A stretch of DNA of 64,000 nt from an uncultured bacterium (GTDB lineage Bacteria; Auribacterota; Erginobacteria; Erginobacterales; Erginobacteraceae). Below are positions 38,242 through 47,915 of this stretch, piece after piece. Numbering within the stretch: position 1 is the stretch's first letter; every line of letters starts with the position of its first letter. The DNA lies in assembly GCA_963822585.1 (NCBI GenBank), contig CAWGIE010000035.1, positions 224,001 to 288,000 of the forward strand, in the 5' to 3' direction. The notes under the pieces were generated by a model that was given only the letters and a program-made list of their open reading frames with translations, made no database searches and was not told where the DNA came from. A program made the translations under genes and the position numbers.

Positions 38242-39854
38242 GAGGGTTTCACAAAAGTCTAACTGCAAGAAAACCAACGACTTGCGACTATGTTGAACCC
38301 TAATTTCCTAACTCGAGTTAAGTTCTGATGCTGCAGTTACTTACAGCAACCAGTATGGCCTTTTTAGCCGTTTTTTCACCCCTTTGGAAGGGTGGATTAG
38401 GCAGATTTGACTTTTGTGAAACCCTCACTCCCGATTTTTCTTATCTCCTGCCGCATTGTGAGTTAGCTTTCATAACTCACTCACTCGCAGGATATTTCTG
38501 CGAGAAAAAATCAGTCGACTTTCACGAAAGTTGGCGGGAGGTAAGTATGAAGCAAGATAAACTCTTCCATGGGGAACATCTGCCCCCCCGAATCAAGTAT
38601 CAAAAGCTATTCAGTTACCTCCCTGATATACCCTACGCATATAAATTTGGCCGCCCTCAGGTCAATCCCAATGCAATGTTGAGAGCTTTCATATATCGCG
38701 GTCTTCGAAGATTAGGCACAATTACCGATCTCGTATATGCCTTAACCGAAAATCTCTCGCTGGCCGAGGCCGCTGGGTTCGATCCGTTTACCCGAATACC
38801 CAGTATTGAACGATTCTCTTTTTGGTTACGCTCGACTCCAAACCAGACTCTACAAGATGTCCGGTTCGGTCTGGTCCAGAGGCTGGTTCAAATGGGTGCT
38901 GTCCAGGGGACTATTGTCTCCCTCGACGGCTCCGCTATCCTTGCTCCGGTCAGGTGAGAATAATCTCAAGACGTCGTCCCCTAACCGCTTTCATAAAGAC
39001 TGCTATCCCAAAGCTGACCCCGAAGCCCGAATGGGTGTGTACCGGGTTTATGCCGGCGCCGGCAATCAGAAAATTCGTTATTTCTGGGGCTATCGTAACC
39101 ACATCGTGGTTGATTATGATACTGAAATTCCACTCTGGGAAGAGACCCGCCCGGCCAACTGCCACGAGAGCAAGCTGGCAATCTCCTTACTTAATGCCTG
39201 CGCCCAAAAACTCAAGCTGCCCATTAAGACGGTCTGCGCTGACTCGGCCTATGACAGTGAAAAGATATTCGCATATATTATCGAGGTTCTTCACGCCCAG
39301 CCGATAATTGCTGTCAAGAACCGTGGTCGCTCACGGGAGGGGTTTCAATTTAAAGGTAAGGAAATTATATGCCCCGCTGGTTTTTCTATGCCCTATAGAG
39401 GCAAGGTGAATGTTAAAAAGACCGGCATTTCATATCGGCAGTACTGTTGTCCCCTCCACAATAGAAAAAAGATGCGGCAACGGTTTTTGATGTGTCCGGC
39501 CAATCATCCCAAGTTTTTAACGCAGAAGGGATGTAACTATCTTATTCGGGTAACTCCCGGTTATCGTTCACAGGTGGCTTATGGGTCAGCCGAGTTCAGG
39601 CAGCAATATAATAAACGTACTGCAGCTGAACGAGTCTTCTCTCGTCTCCTCTCCGTGGCAATGCAGGAACCAAGCGTCCGCGGGCTTCAGGCTACTCAGA
39701 ACTATTGCACCATCGCACATATCTCGGTTCTTCTGGTTGCTGTCGCTGCCTATGATCAGGGGCACCCAGACAAATTATCCTTCGTCCGTTCTTTCGTGCC
39801 AAAATTTATGGTGTAACCTGGGTGAACCGGAAAAAACGACTTTTGTGAAGCCCT
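38242..39854 (+). mobile_element. Insertion sequence (DDE, IS1182/IS5-like) with terminal inverted repeats
   Basis: Left IR GAGGGTTTCACAAAAGTC (38242-38259), right IR GACTTTTGTGAAGCCCT (39838-39854), extra internal IR at 38409-38426; ACGAATTTG on both flanks. Confidence 0.8.
38547..39816 (+). pseudogene. DDE transposase with a +1 frameshift near 38955
   Basis: GRPQ N-terminal domain, VSLDGS, ADPEARMG, YFWGYRNH, ADSAYDS, YNKRTAAERVFSRL; split between two ORFs. Confidence 0.8.
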
Positions 39855-40034
39855 ACGAATTTGTCTCCCCCGCCGCGCCCTCTTTAATAACCACCAAGAC
39901 ACTAAGACACCAAGAAATACCAAGAAAACTAATGTTTCCCCTCCTTACCCCCTTAACCCGTATCCCTTAACCTTGCTTTTCTACCCCCAAAGCACGAAGG
40001 AAAATAGCAGTAGGACTATGATGTCGTGCAAGCA

Positions 40035-40122
40035 GCAAGCGAAGCGATCCTACAAGCTCCCCGAAGTCTTTTCGGGGAGCGATACTACATTTCCTACAAT
40101 CCGCCTCTGGCGGAGATCCCGC
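40035..40122 (+). repeat. Modular hairpin-GAT(C/A)CTACA repeat, family C
   Basis: GCAAGCGAAGCGATCCTACAA, then different hairpins, each followed by a GATACTACA/GATCCCGCA-type motif. Confidence 0.75.
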
Positions 40123-40139
40123 ATTCTTTCGTCCGACGT

Positions 40140-42236
40140 TCATTTTTTCCCTTCGTCTCGTGCTCTCTTCTCGGCCACGATCTCCTCGGCCAGTGAGAAG
40201 GGGACCGCTTCATAGTGCTCAAAATGCATCGAGAAATCGGCCCTCCCGCTGGTGATGGTCCGGAGCTCGGTTGAGTATCCGAACATCCGGGAAAGAGGGA
40301 CCCGGCCGGTGATGATGGCGGTTTTCCCTTTGGCCTCCATCCGGATGATATTGCCCCTTTTCGAACAGACGCTTCCCGAAACCGCCCCGAAATACTCTTC
40401 GGGCGCGGTGATCTCGACGTTCATGATCGGTTCCAGGAGCTGCAGCCCCGCTCTCCGGCAGGCATCCAGAAAGCCGGCGCGGGCGCAGGTGCGAAAAGCG
40501 TTTTCCGACGAATCGACATCGTGGGCGGAACCGTCGACCAGGATGAACCTGATATCGACCATGGGGAAGCCGGCATACGGGCCCTTGACCATCGCGTCGA
40601 TGACGCCCCGCTCAACGGCGGGGATGAACTCCCGGGGGATTCTTCCCCCCCGGACTTCGTTCTCGAACTGAAACCCGGACCCGGGTTGGCCGTGCTCCAG
40701 GCGGAACTGGATATGGGCATACTGCCCGTGGCCGCCGGTCTGCTTGACATGTTTGTGCTCGTGTTCAACCGTGCCGAGGATGGTTTCCCGGTAGGCGACC
40801 TGAGGCATACCCGATTCAACGTTGACGGCGAACTCCCGCCGCAGCCGATCGATGATGATCTCCAGGTGCAGCTCGCCCATCCCGGAGACGATGACCTCCC
40901 CTGTCTCCTGGTCGGTTCTTACCGTGAAGGTGGGATCCTCCTCGGCCAGCCGCACCAGAGACTGGGAAAGCCGATCCCGGTCGGCATTGCTCGCCGGCTT
41001 GACCGCCACCCCGATGACCGGTGCCGGGAACTCGATCGACTCCAGCATGATCGGATGCTCTTCACTGCAGATGGTGTCGCCGGTCCGGGTGTCGGCCAGA
41101 CCCACCACCGCCCCCACGCCGCCGGTATGTATTTCATCGATGGCCAGCTGCTTATTCGCGTGCATCTCGAAGAGACGGCCGATCCTCTGTTTTTTTCCCA
41201 GATTGGAGTTGTAATAGGTATCTCCCGACCTGAGTATGCCGGAATAGATCCGGACATAAGTCAGTTTGCCCATATGTTTGTCCGCCACGATCTTGAAGGC
41301 GAGCGCCGCCAGCGGCGCGTCGTCCCGGGGATGACGGATGATCTCACTGTTTTCTTTGTTGCAGGTGCCGATCACCGGGGGGAGGTCAACCGGTGAAGGG
41401 AGATAGTCGATAATAGCATCCAGGAGCCGGCGCACTCCCTTGTTCTTGAAAGCGGCTCCGCAAAGAACCGGGATGACGCTCCCCCGGATGGTCGCGCCGC
41501 GCAGGGCCCGGACGATGTCCGCTTTCCCGGGCATCTCCCCGATGACGTATTTTTCCATCAGGATATCATCCTGCTCGCTGATTCGCTCGATCAGCTCTTC
41601 TCTGGCCACTTGGCATTCAGCCAGCATTTCGGCGGGGATATCGTCCTCGCGGATGGAGATCTCATGGTCGGTCTCGTCATAGTAAATAGCTCTCATCTCC
41701 ACCAGGTCGACAATCCCCCGGAAATCGGCCTCGGCCCCGATGGGAAGCACGATGGGGACGACATTGCCTCCCAGTTCGTTCTTGATCTCGCTCACCACCC
41801 CCTTGAAATCGGCGCCCACCCGGTCCATCTTGTTGATAAAAGCCAGCCGGGGGACCGCGTATTTATCGGCCTGACGCCAGACGGTCTCGGATTGGGGCTG
41901 GACGCCGCCCACGGCGCAGAAAAGCGCCACCGTCCCATCGAGGACCCGGAGAGACCGTTCGACTTCGGCAGTGAAATCGACGTGTCCGGGGGTGTCGATG
42001 ATGTTGATCCGGTAGTCCTTCCAGAAAGTGGTGGTGGCCGCGGAGGTGATGGTGATGCCCCGTTCCTGTTCCTGGATCATCCAGTCCATGACCGCTTCCC
42101 CGTCGTGAACCTCGCCTATCCGGTGGCTTTTCCCGGTATAGAAGAGTATCCGTTCGGTTACGGTGGTCTTCCCGGCGTCGATATGAGCGGTAAGGCCGAT
42201 ATTGCGTATGCGGTTTATTGGCGTGACGTCATGCAT
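40140..42236 (-). CDS. fusA: Elongation factor G (standalone copy)
   Basis: [50 protein letters not shown]. Confidence 0.96.
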   Translation of the reverse strand: MHDVTPINRIRNIGLTAHIDAGKTTVTERILFYTGKSHRIGEVHDGEAVMDWMIQEQERGITITSAATTTFWKDYRINIIDTPGHVDFTAEVERSLRVLDGTVALFCAVGGVQPQSETVWRQADKYAVPRLAFINKMDRVGADFKGVVSEIKNELGGNVVPIVLPIGAEADFRGIVDLVEMRAIYYDETDHEISIREDDIPAEMLAECQVAREELIERISEQDDILMEKYVIGEMPGKADIVRALRGATIRGSVIPVLCGAAFKNKGVRRLLDAIIDYLPSPVDLPPVIGTCNKENSEIIRHPRDDAPLAALAFKIVADKHMGKLTYVRIYSGILRSGDTYYNSNLGKKQRIGRLFEMHANKQLAIDEIHTGGVGAVVGLADTRTGDTICSEEHPIMLESIEFPAPVIGVAVKPASNADRDRLSQSLVRLAEEDPTFTVRTDQETGEVIVSGMGELHLEIIIDRLRREFAVNVESGMPQVAYRETILGTVEHEHKHVKQTGGHGQYAHIQFRLEHGQPGSGFQFENEVRGGRIPREFIPAVERGVIDAMVKGPYAGFPMVDIRFILVDGSAHDVDSSENAFRTCARAGFLDACRRAGLQLLEPIMNVEITAPEEYFGAVSGSVCSKRGNIIRMEAKGKTAIITGRVPLSRMFGYSTELRTITSGRADFSMHFEHYEAVPFSLAEEIVAEKRARDEGKK

Positions 42237-42569
42237 GAGTTATTATGTTCCGAAATAACAATTATATTTCAACCAGGTATACGGCGATATAGGTACAGCA
42301 GACCGTTTTTCTTATCCGGCCGGTCGACAGTTTTATCCGCCCGCGGCGGCATAATCAATAATAAACAGATGCCGGCAATAGAAAAAGCCCATCAGCATAT
42401 AGGTTCCCCCAATGAAAGCAAGGATATATTTGTAGTTCTCTTCTGTTCCGTGGGGGTAATCCCAGATTATCCGGCTCCCTACGTATCTTGTCGGTTATCT
42501 GAAAAGAGAATGACGAAATCCGGAATCAGAAATCCGAAACCCGAAACTCGAAACCCGAAATCCGAAGGA

Positions 42570-42678
42570 CAGTAACCTGGATTATTCATGAAAATTTACA
42601 ATTTTCATGAATAATCCAGGTTACTGGATATCGTTCAATGTATTACGGATAGCAGACGTATCAATACGGCAACAGCAG
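42570..42678. repeat. Perfect palindrome plus tail, family D, preceded by a family-B half arm (42509-42566)
   Basis: CAGTAACCTGGATTATTCATGAAAATT-TAC-AATTTTCATGAATAATCCAGGTTACTG. Confidence 0.9.
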
Positions 42679-42926
42679 ATTGTTTTATCTCAGCCGATAG
42701 GCCAACGATTTATATCTGCCGGCAATAATGCGATCGATAACAGACGTTTGTCAACAAGTGCTTGCCAAAGAATATGATATAATCGAAACCTTATTTCGAT
42801 ATTTCAAGTTTCTTCTTTGTCGTTGTTCAAAAATAACCCGATTTATGAATAAATCGGGTTAATGATTAAATTTCTCATTTCCCTCTCGGCTATGGGATAC
42901 TGCCGGAAGTCGCCGGGGAGATACAC

Positions 42927-42954
42927 TTGACAAAAGATACCGTCCCGTTACACT
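42927..42954 (+). promoter_or_regulatory. Sigma70-type promoter upstream of lpxH
   Basis: TTGACA-16 bp-TACACT. Confidence 0.55.
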
Positions 42955-43017
42955 TGGATACTTTCCGGGGATCAATCAGCAAATCCGCGGTTAAAAGATG
43001 AGGAGTGCTGTTTTCTC

Positions 43018-43788
43018 ATGACAACGGACAAAGAAACAGTTTTTTTCATTTCCGATGCTCATCTGGGGATCCAACTTCCCGATTTTGCAGACAGGGAGGC
43101 CGCTCTCCTTTCCTTTTTAGAGGAGATCGCTCCCCGGGCCGGTCAGCTCTTTATCGTGGGGGATCTCTTCGACTTCTGGATCGAGTACCGGTGGGCCATT
43201 CGGCCGGATTACTTTCGGACGCTGGCCGCTCTCAACGCACTAGCCCGGTCGGGGACCGAGATCCACTACTGCCTGGGGAACCATGATTTCGCCGTCGGCT
43301 CCTTCATCGAAGATACGCTGGGAATAAAAGTCCATCCGGACGGGTGCCGGATGAACCTCCAGGGGAAGAGTATCTTTGTCACCCACGGCGATGATCTGCG
43401 CACCAGCGATCGTGCCAACCTTTTTCTCCGGAAGTTCTTGAGAAACCCGATCCTCCAGTTCGTCTATAAACTTCTTCATCCGAATATCGGCGTTCCCCTG
43501 GGAGAGTTTTTCTCCCGGATGAGCAGAAAGCATTTCCTGGAAGTTCCTCCCGAAGAACATCTTGAGGAATATCGGCGCGCGGCCGATGAAATGCTGGCCG
43601 CCGGCTGTGATATTGTCGTCGCCGCTCACACTCACGTGCCGGAATTGCTCCATCTGACCTCCGGGATATACTGCAATACCGGCAACTGGATAAGCCGCTA
43701 CCATTTTGCCCAGATGGAAGCCGGGGAGATCAGTCTCTGGCAGTATCTCCCCGGCCAACCGCCGAAGAAGATTTTCCCATTTCAATAA
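43018..43788 (+). CDS. lpxH: UDP-2,3-diacylglucosamine diphosphatase
   Basis: FISDAHLG, GDLFDFW, GNHDF, HGD, AHTH, NTGNW. Confidence 0.85.
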   Translation: MTTDKETVFFISDAHLGIQLPDFADREAALLSFLEEIAPRAGQLFIVGDLFDFWIEYRWAIRPDYFRTLAALNALARSGTEIHYCLGNHDFAVGSFIEDTLGIKVHPDGCRMNLQGKSIFVTHGDDLRTSDRANLFLRKFLRNPILQFVYKLLHPNIGVPLGEFFSRMSRKHFLEVPPEEHLEEYRRAADEMLAAGCDIVVAAHTHVPELLHLTSGIYCNTGNWISRYHFAQMEAGEISLWQYLPGQPPKKIFPFQ

Positions 43789-43819
43789 ACCGCTGATTAA
43801 GCGGATTAAACGGATTGTT

Positions 43820-43876
43820 TCTGTTCCGGAATTTCAATAATCGGAAATAATCCGATTATTGAAATTCCGAAACAGA
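43820..43876. repeat. 26-bp-arm near-perfect palindrome
   Basis: TCTGTTCCGGAATTTCAATAATCGGA-AATAA-TCCGATTATTGAAATTCCGAAACAGA; its ends resemble the CTGTTTCGGAATTT terminus of family A. Confidence 0.75.
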
Positions 43877-44015
43877 CGAAAAAGCAACCAAAATAACAAT
43901 TCTTGTTTTTTTCTTTATAATGCTACGGGCTTACCGTTATGAATTGAGCTGTTGGACACGAACTAATTTTTTGACCATCATCCATCTGTTTTAAGTCTTA
44001 AAAATGAAAATTCAT

Positions 44016-44042
44016 TAAATTAGCGGCGAAGCCGCTAATTTA
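44016..44042. repeat. Family G hairpin before an RBS
   Basis: Identical to 35935-35961. Confidence 0.85.
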
Positions 44043-44055
44043 TAATGAGGAGGCG

Positions 44056-45096
44056 GTGTTGATACGGAAAATTATAGTGCTCATAATATTAATTGTGCCT
44101 TTCGTTCCCTTTGTTTCGGCGGCGGCCACCGACGCTTTCCAGTGGGGAAGGGTGCAAGAAGGACGGAAAACTTTTGAATTCGATCTGACGGCCGGAAAGG
44201 TAACCCGGATCGAAGGCTCCGTCGAAGAGACCATCCGTCCCTATTACCAGCAGATCGGTCAGGACACCCCCGGTTCGAGCTACACGCTCAGCGAACTGGG
44301 GCTGGACGGGAAAAAAGCCACCTTCGGCTTCTCTTTTGAGAAGCAGTGGAAATATCTGACCCTCGGGTTCAGCGGCTTTTACTATCATCCCTCCGCCGAC
44401 ACCACCGCCATCCGGGATTATTATATCGGCATTTCCGATGAGGTCGAATACCAGGGGGAAAAATACGACAATATGCTGATCCCCGAAGGCCGGCCGTTTA
44501 CGGCCGATCTGGAAACGTTTTTTTGTGAAGTGAATGTGCTCTTCACCCCGGTCACCATTACCCCGCTGCCGAATTTCGAGTTTGTCCCCTCCGTCTATCT
44601 CGGCATCGTCGGCGCCTTCGGCACCTACGATATCGATGCCGGTCCGCCGACGGGAACGGTCGTTTATGAAGAACCTCCCGAGGTCTATGTCGTCGGCGGC
44701 CACAGCCACGGCTGGACGGGCGCCGGAGTACCCGGGATCGGGCTGGGGGGGGAATTCCGGATCGGTCCGCCCGACGGGCTTCGGCTGGTCGTACAGGGAT
44801 GCTATTCTCTCTTACGCTATCATGGAAGCACCGAGTATATCCCGATCACGATCCGGCGCGAGAAAAACCTCGACCTGAATTACGACAATTTCGAAGGACG
44901 GGCCCAGATGGAGCTGCCCGTCTCCGAGAAACTGGATTTCGTCCTCGGGGTATCCTATCTTTATATCGATATCGATGCCGACGCCACCGCGACGGATAAA
45001 ACTCCGGAAGAGATCGAAGAACTGCGGGAAAAATATGACAAGAAGATCAAGTTCAAGATGACCGAGTTGCAGGGGTATGTCGGCTTAAAATTTTGA
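44056..45096 (+). CDS. Putative outer-membrane beta-barrel protein
   Basis: Signal peptide, alternating beta strands, terminal GYVGLKF; GAGGAGG RBS. Confidence 0.75.
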   Translation: MLIRKIIVLIILIVPFVPFVSAAATDAFQWGRVQEGRKTFEFDLTAGKVTRIEGSVEETIRPYYQQIGQDTPGSSYTLSELGLDGKKATFGFSFEKQWKYLTLGFSGFYYHPSADTTAIRDYYIGISDEVEYQGEKYDNMLIPEGRPFTADLETFFCEVNVLFTPVTITPLPNFEFVPSVYLGIVGAFGTYDIDAGPPTGTVVYEEPPEVYVVGGHSHGWTGAGVPGIGLGGEFRIGPPDGLRLVVQGCYSLLRYHGSTEYIPITIRREKNLDLNYDNFEGRAQMELPVSEKLDFVLGVSYLYIDIDADATATDKTPEEIEELREKYDKKIKFKMTELQGYVGLKF

Positions 45097-45117
45097 GACT
45101 TTCATCATCTTGATTAA

Positions 45118-45199
45118 ACCACGAAGGACACGAAGAACACGAAGAAAATTGAGGTGCTTAAATATTTTTATCCTTCGTGTTCTTCGTGTCCTTCGTGGT
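45118..45199. repeat. 9-mer-period inverted repeat, family E
   Basis: Perfect 27-bp arms identical to the 20241 copy. Confidence 0.9.
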
Positions 45200-45207
45200 G
45201 AAATAAA

Positions 45208-46020
45208 ATGAAAGGAGATAGAAAGAATAGGGGGAAGAGGGTGTTTTCGGCGTTGACCATCGCCGGGTCGGATTCCGGGGGCGGCGCCGGCATCCAGGCG
45301 GACCTGAAGACCTTTCAGTCCCTGGGGGTTTACGGTTCCTCGGCGATCACCTGCGTCACCGCCCAGAATACACGGGAGGTGACCGCGGTCTTCCCCCTTC
45401 CCCCGGAGTTGGTGAAAAATCAGATCGACGCCGTGATGACCGATATCGCTCCTTCCGCGGTCAAGACCGGGATGCTGGGCAACGCCGGTATCATTATGGC
45501 GGTTGCCGCGAAAATGAAGGAATATGCGGTCGAGCGGCTGGTTGTCGACCCCGTTATGATCGCCACCTCGGGAGACCCTCTCATCGAGGAAGACGCGATC
45601 GAGATAGTGCGGGAACTCCTGCTGCCGCTCGCCCTGGTGGTAACCCCGAACCTGCGGGAAGCCGGGGTACTGGCCGGCTTCCCCGTCACCGGCCTCCGGG
45701 CCATGAAGGAAGCGGCCCGGGTCATCCGGGATCAAGGACCCCGTTGTGTGGTAATCAAGGGGGGGCACCGGAGCCGTGATGCCAACGATCTTGTTTATGA
45801 CGGGAAAGAGATGGCGATTCTTGAATCACCCCGTCTGGGATCGGGCCCCCTTCACGGAACCGGATGCACCTTCTCGGCCGCCGTCGCCGCCGGCCTGGCC
45901 CGGGGCATGACCCCCTATCAGGCCGTGGTGGGCGCCAAGTCGTACATGAAGAAGGTGCTGAAGCATCCGGCTGCTCCCGGGAAAGGGTCGCGCGTGGCCG
46001 ACTGGTCGGCCGGGAAATAA
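45208..46020 (+). CDS. thiD: Hydroxymethylpyrimidine/phosphomethylpyrimidine kinase
   Basis: [47 protein letters not shown]. Confidence 0.95.
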   Translation: MKGDRKNRGKRVFSALTIAGSDSGGGAGIQADLKTFQSLGVYGSSAITCVTAQNTREVTAVFPLPPELVKNQIDAVMTDIAPSAVKTGMLGNAGIIMAVAAKMKEYAVERLVVDPVMIATSGDPLIEEDAIEIVRELLLPLALVVTPNLREAGVLAGFPVTGLRAMKEAARVIRDQGPRCVVIKGGHRSRDANDLVYDGKEMAILESPRLGSGPLHGTGCTFSAAVAAGLARGMTPYQAVVGAKSYMKKVLKHPAAPGKGSRVADWSAGK

Positions 46021-46056
46021 CCGGTGGTTTTCAACCGGGATAAGAGGTACATTGTC

Positions 46057-46147
46057 GTAGTATCGTCCTTTCGCTTTCGCGACAGGACTTGTAGGATCAG
46101 AATGCCTTCGGCATTCTTTGTAGTAATTGTAGGATCGCTTCGCTTGC
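46057..46147 (-). repeat. Family C repeat
   Basis: Reverse complement closely matches 15339-15429. Confidence 0.8.
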
Positions 46148-46195
46148 AGTTAGGCAAGCCTTGCCAAAGGTAAGGCGATACTACATCTACTACAC

Positions 46196-46387
46196 AGCGA
46201 ATCAGATAATCAGGAAATCAGTGGGAAGGGGATCAGATTATCAGAGGATCAGATGGCGCTGCCGGCCTCGCCTGATAACCTGGTATCCCGGTATTCTTCC
46301 CACTGATAAACTGATAACCTGATATCCACTTTGGGGATGATCACTTCACGCGGGACATTGCTAAATAAATTAGCGCACAGGCGCTAT
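46196..46387 (+). repeat. Family A, copy 2 (5'-truncated), abutting the def ATG
   Basis: Near-identical to 58805-59009. Confidence 0.9.
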
Positions 46388-46918
46388 ATGGACATCCTGC
46401 CGATCAAAATCTACGGGAGCGCGGTGCTCCGGGAGAAAGCGGCGCCGATCGACGAGATCACCGATGATCTGCGCGGGCTGATCGCCGGTATGCGTGACAG
46501 CCTCTACTATCATCAGGGCGTCGGTCTGGCCGCCAACCAGGTCGGCGTTGCCCGTCGTCTCTTTCTGGTGGACGAAGGGAAGGGGCTGAAGGTGTTTATC
46601 AACCCGCGTATTCTGGAGTCGGAAGGGGAGACGGTCTCGGAGGAGGGATGCCTGAGTCTTCCGGAAGTATTTGTCGACGTGGCCCGGTCCCGGTCCCTGC
46701 ATCTGGAATATATGGATGAAGGGGGAGAGACCAGGCGATTGGAAGCGGATGGTTTGCTGGCCCGGGTTATTCAGCATGAATACGATCACCTGGAAGGGGT
46801 CTTGATTGCCGACCACGCCGGTTTCGTGGCCTCCCGGATGATCAGGGGGAAGCTGAAGAGACTGAGGAAGAGAGTTAAGGAATCATTGTATATATATGAA
46901 CGCCTTCGGTGCTTCTAA
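46388..46918 (+). CDS. def: Peptide deformylase
   Basis: GVGLAANQ, EGCLS, QHEYDHL. Confidence 0.95.
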   Translation: MDILPIKIYGSAVLREKAAPIDEITDDLRGLIAGMRDSLYYHQGVGLAANQVGVARRLFLVDEGKGLKVFINPRILESEGETVSEEGCLSLPEVFVDVARSRSLHLEYMDEGGETRRLEADGLLARVIQHEYDHLEGVLIADHAGFVASRMIRGKLKRLRKRVKESLYIYERLRCF

Positions 46919-47121
46919 TGACTAAATCCGAATGACGAATGACGAAAGAATGACGAAAAACGAATGCCCAAGTGCCCCCGCCGTCGGGTTCGGCGCTCTC
47001 GCGAAGGCGGATGGCCACATGCGCTACAATTGTCCGCATGGCGTCACAAAAGGAGTATTGGGAATTTGCTCATTTATCATTTGGATTTCCTTCGTCCTTC
47101 GTCATTCGGATTTCGTCATTG
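46917..47121. repeat. Heptamer-period (AATGACG) imperfect palindrome, family B variant
   Basis: AATGACTAAATCCGAATGACGAATGACGAA ... TTCGTCCTTCGTCATTCGGATTTCGTCATT. Confidence 0.8.
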
Positions 47122-47153
47122 AATAACTATTCCCTCACCCTGAACAGAAGGTA

Positions 47154-47915
47154 ATGTTAATGACTGATACCAGGAACCCACCTTTTCTCTCCGTCATCAT
47201 CCCGGCCTATAACGAGGAGAAACGTCTGGTCTCCACCCTGGCCGGGATCGATGACTATATGCGGCGCCAGCCCTATGAATACGAACTGATACTGGTCAGC
47301 GACGGATCCGCCGATGGGACGGTCCGGGTGGCCCGGGCCTGGCAGCCACCGGGAACCCCGCTCGAGATCGTCGATCGGAAGGAGAATCGAGGGAAAGGAT
47401 ACACCGTCCGGGAGGGGGTCGCCCATGCCCGGGGAGAGTATGTTCTCTTCTCCGATGCCGATCTTTCCACCCCGATCGAGGAGGTGGAAAAGTTTCTGCC
47501 TTTCTTCCGGGAGGGCTACGAGGTTGTCATCGGGTCTCGTTCTTTGAAGGAATCGGAGTTGGTGGTCCGGCAGCCCTTTTACCGGGAGTTGATGGGGCGG
47601 GTCTTCAACGGGATGGTTCGCCTCCTGGCGGTCCGGGGGATTATCGATACCCAGTGCGGCTTCAAATGCTTTTCCCGGAAAGCGATAGAAGAGATCTTCC
47701 CCCGTTGTCTGATCGACGGTTTCAGTTTCGATGTGGAGATCCTTTTCCTGGCTCGAAAACGGAATTTGCCGGTGAAAGAGGTCCCGGTCAAGTGGCTCAA
47801 CGCTCCCGGCAGTTCGGTCAGTCCCGTGAGGGATTCATTGCGGATGTTCTTCGAGATATGCCGGGTCCGGATCAATGACCTGCGGGGGAAATACGGGGGG
47901 CGGAATGGTGGATGA
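47154..47915 (+). CDS. Polyprenol/dolichyl-phosphate glycosyltransferase (GT2, ALG5/DPM1-like)
   Basis: IIPAYNEE, DGSAD, NRGKG, FSDADLS, IGSR, DTQCGFK, FDVE. Confidence 0.9.
   Translation: MLMTDTRNPPFLSVIIPAYNEEKRLVSTLAGIDDYMRRQPYEYELILVSDGSADGTVRVARAWQPPGTPLEIVDRKENRGKGYTVREGVAHARGEYVLFSDADLSTPIEEVEKFLPFFREGYEVVIGSRSLKESELVVRQPFYRELMGRVFNGMVRLLAVRGIIDTQCGFKCFSRKAIEEIFPRCLIDGFSFDVEILFLARKRNLPVKEVPVKWLNAPGSSVSPVRDSLRMFFEICRVRINDLRGKYGGRNGG

Noticed and set aside
38940..38970. Programmed frameshift in the transposase
   Set aside because: No slippery heptamer at the junction; it looks like a single extra T (mutation or error).
45097..45207. TPP riboswitch upstream of thiD
   Set aside because: The region is occupied by the family E inverted repeat; no CUGAGA/thi-box core is visible.
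46932..47154. Small ORFs (MTNDERMTKNE...), and similar ones at 13886, 29278, 36577 and 60100
   Set aside because: They are translations of intergenic periodic repeats.
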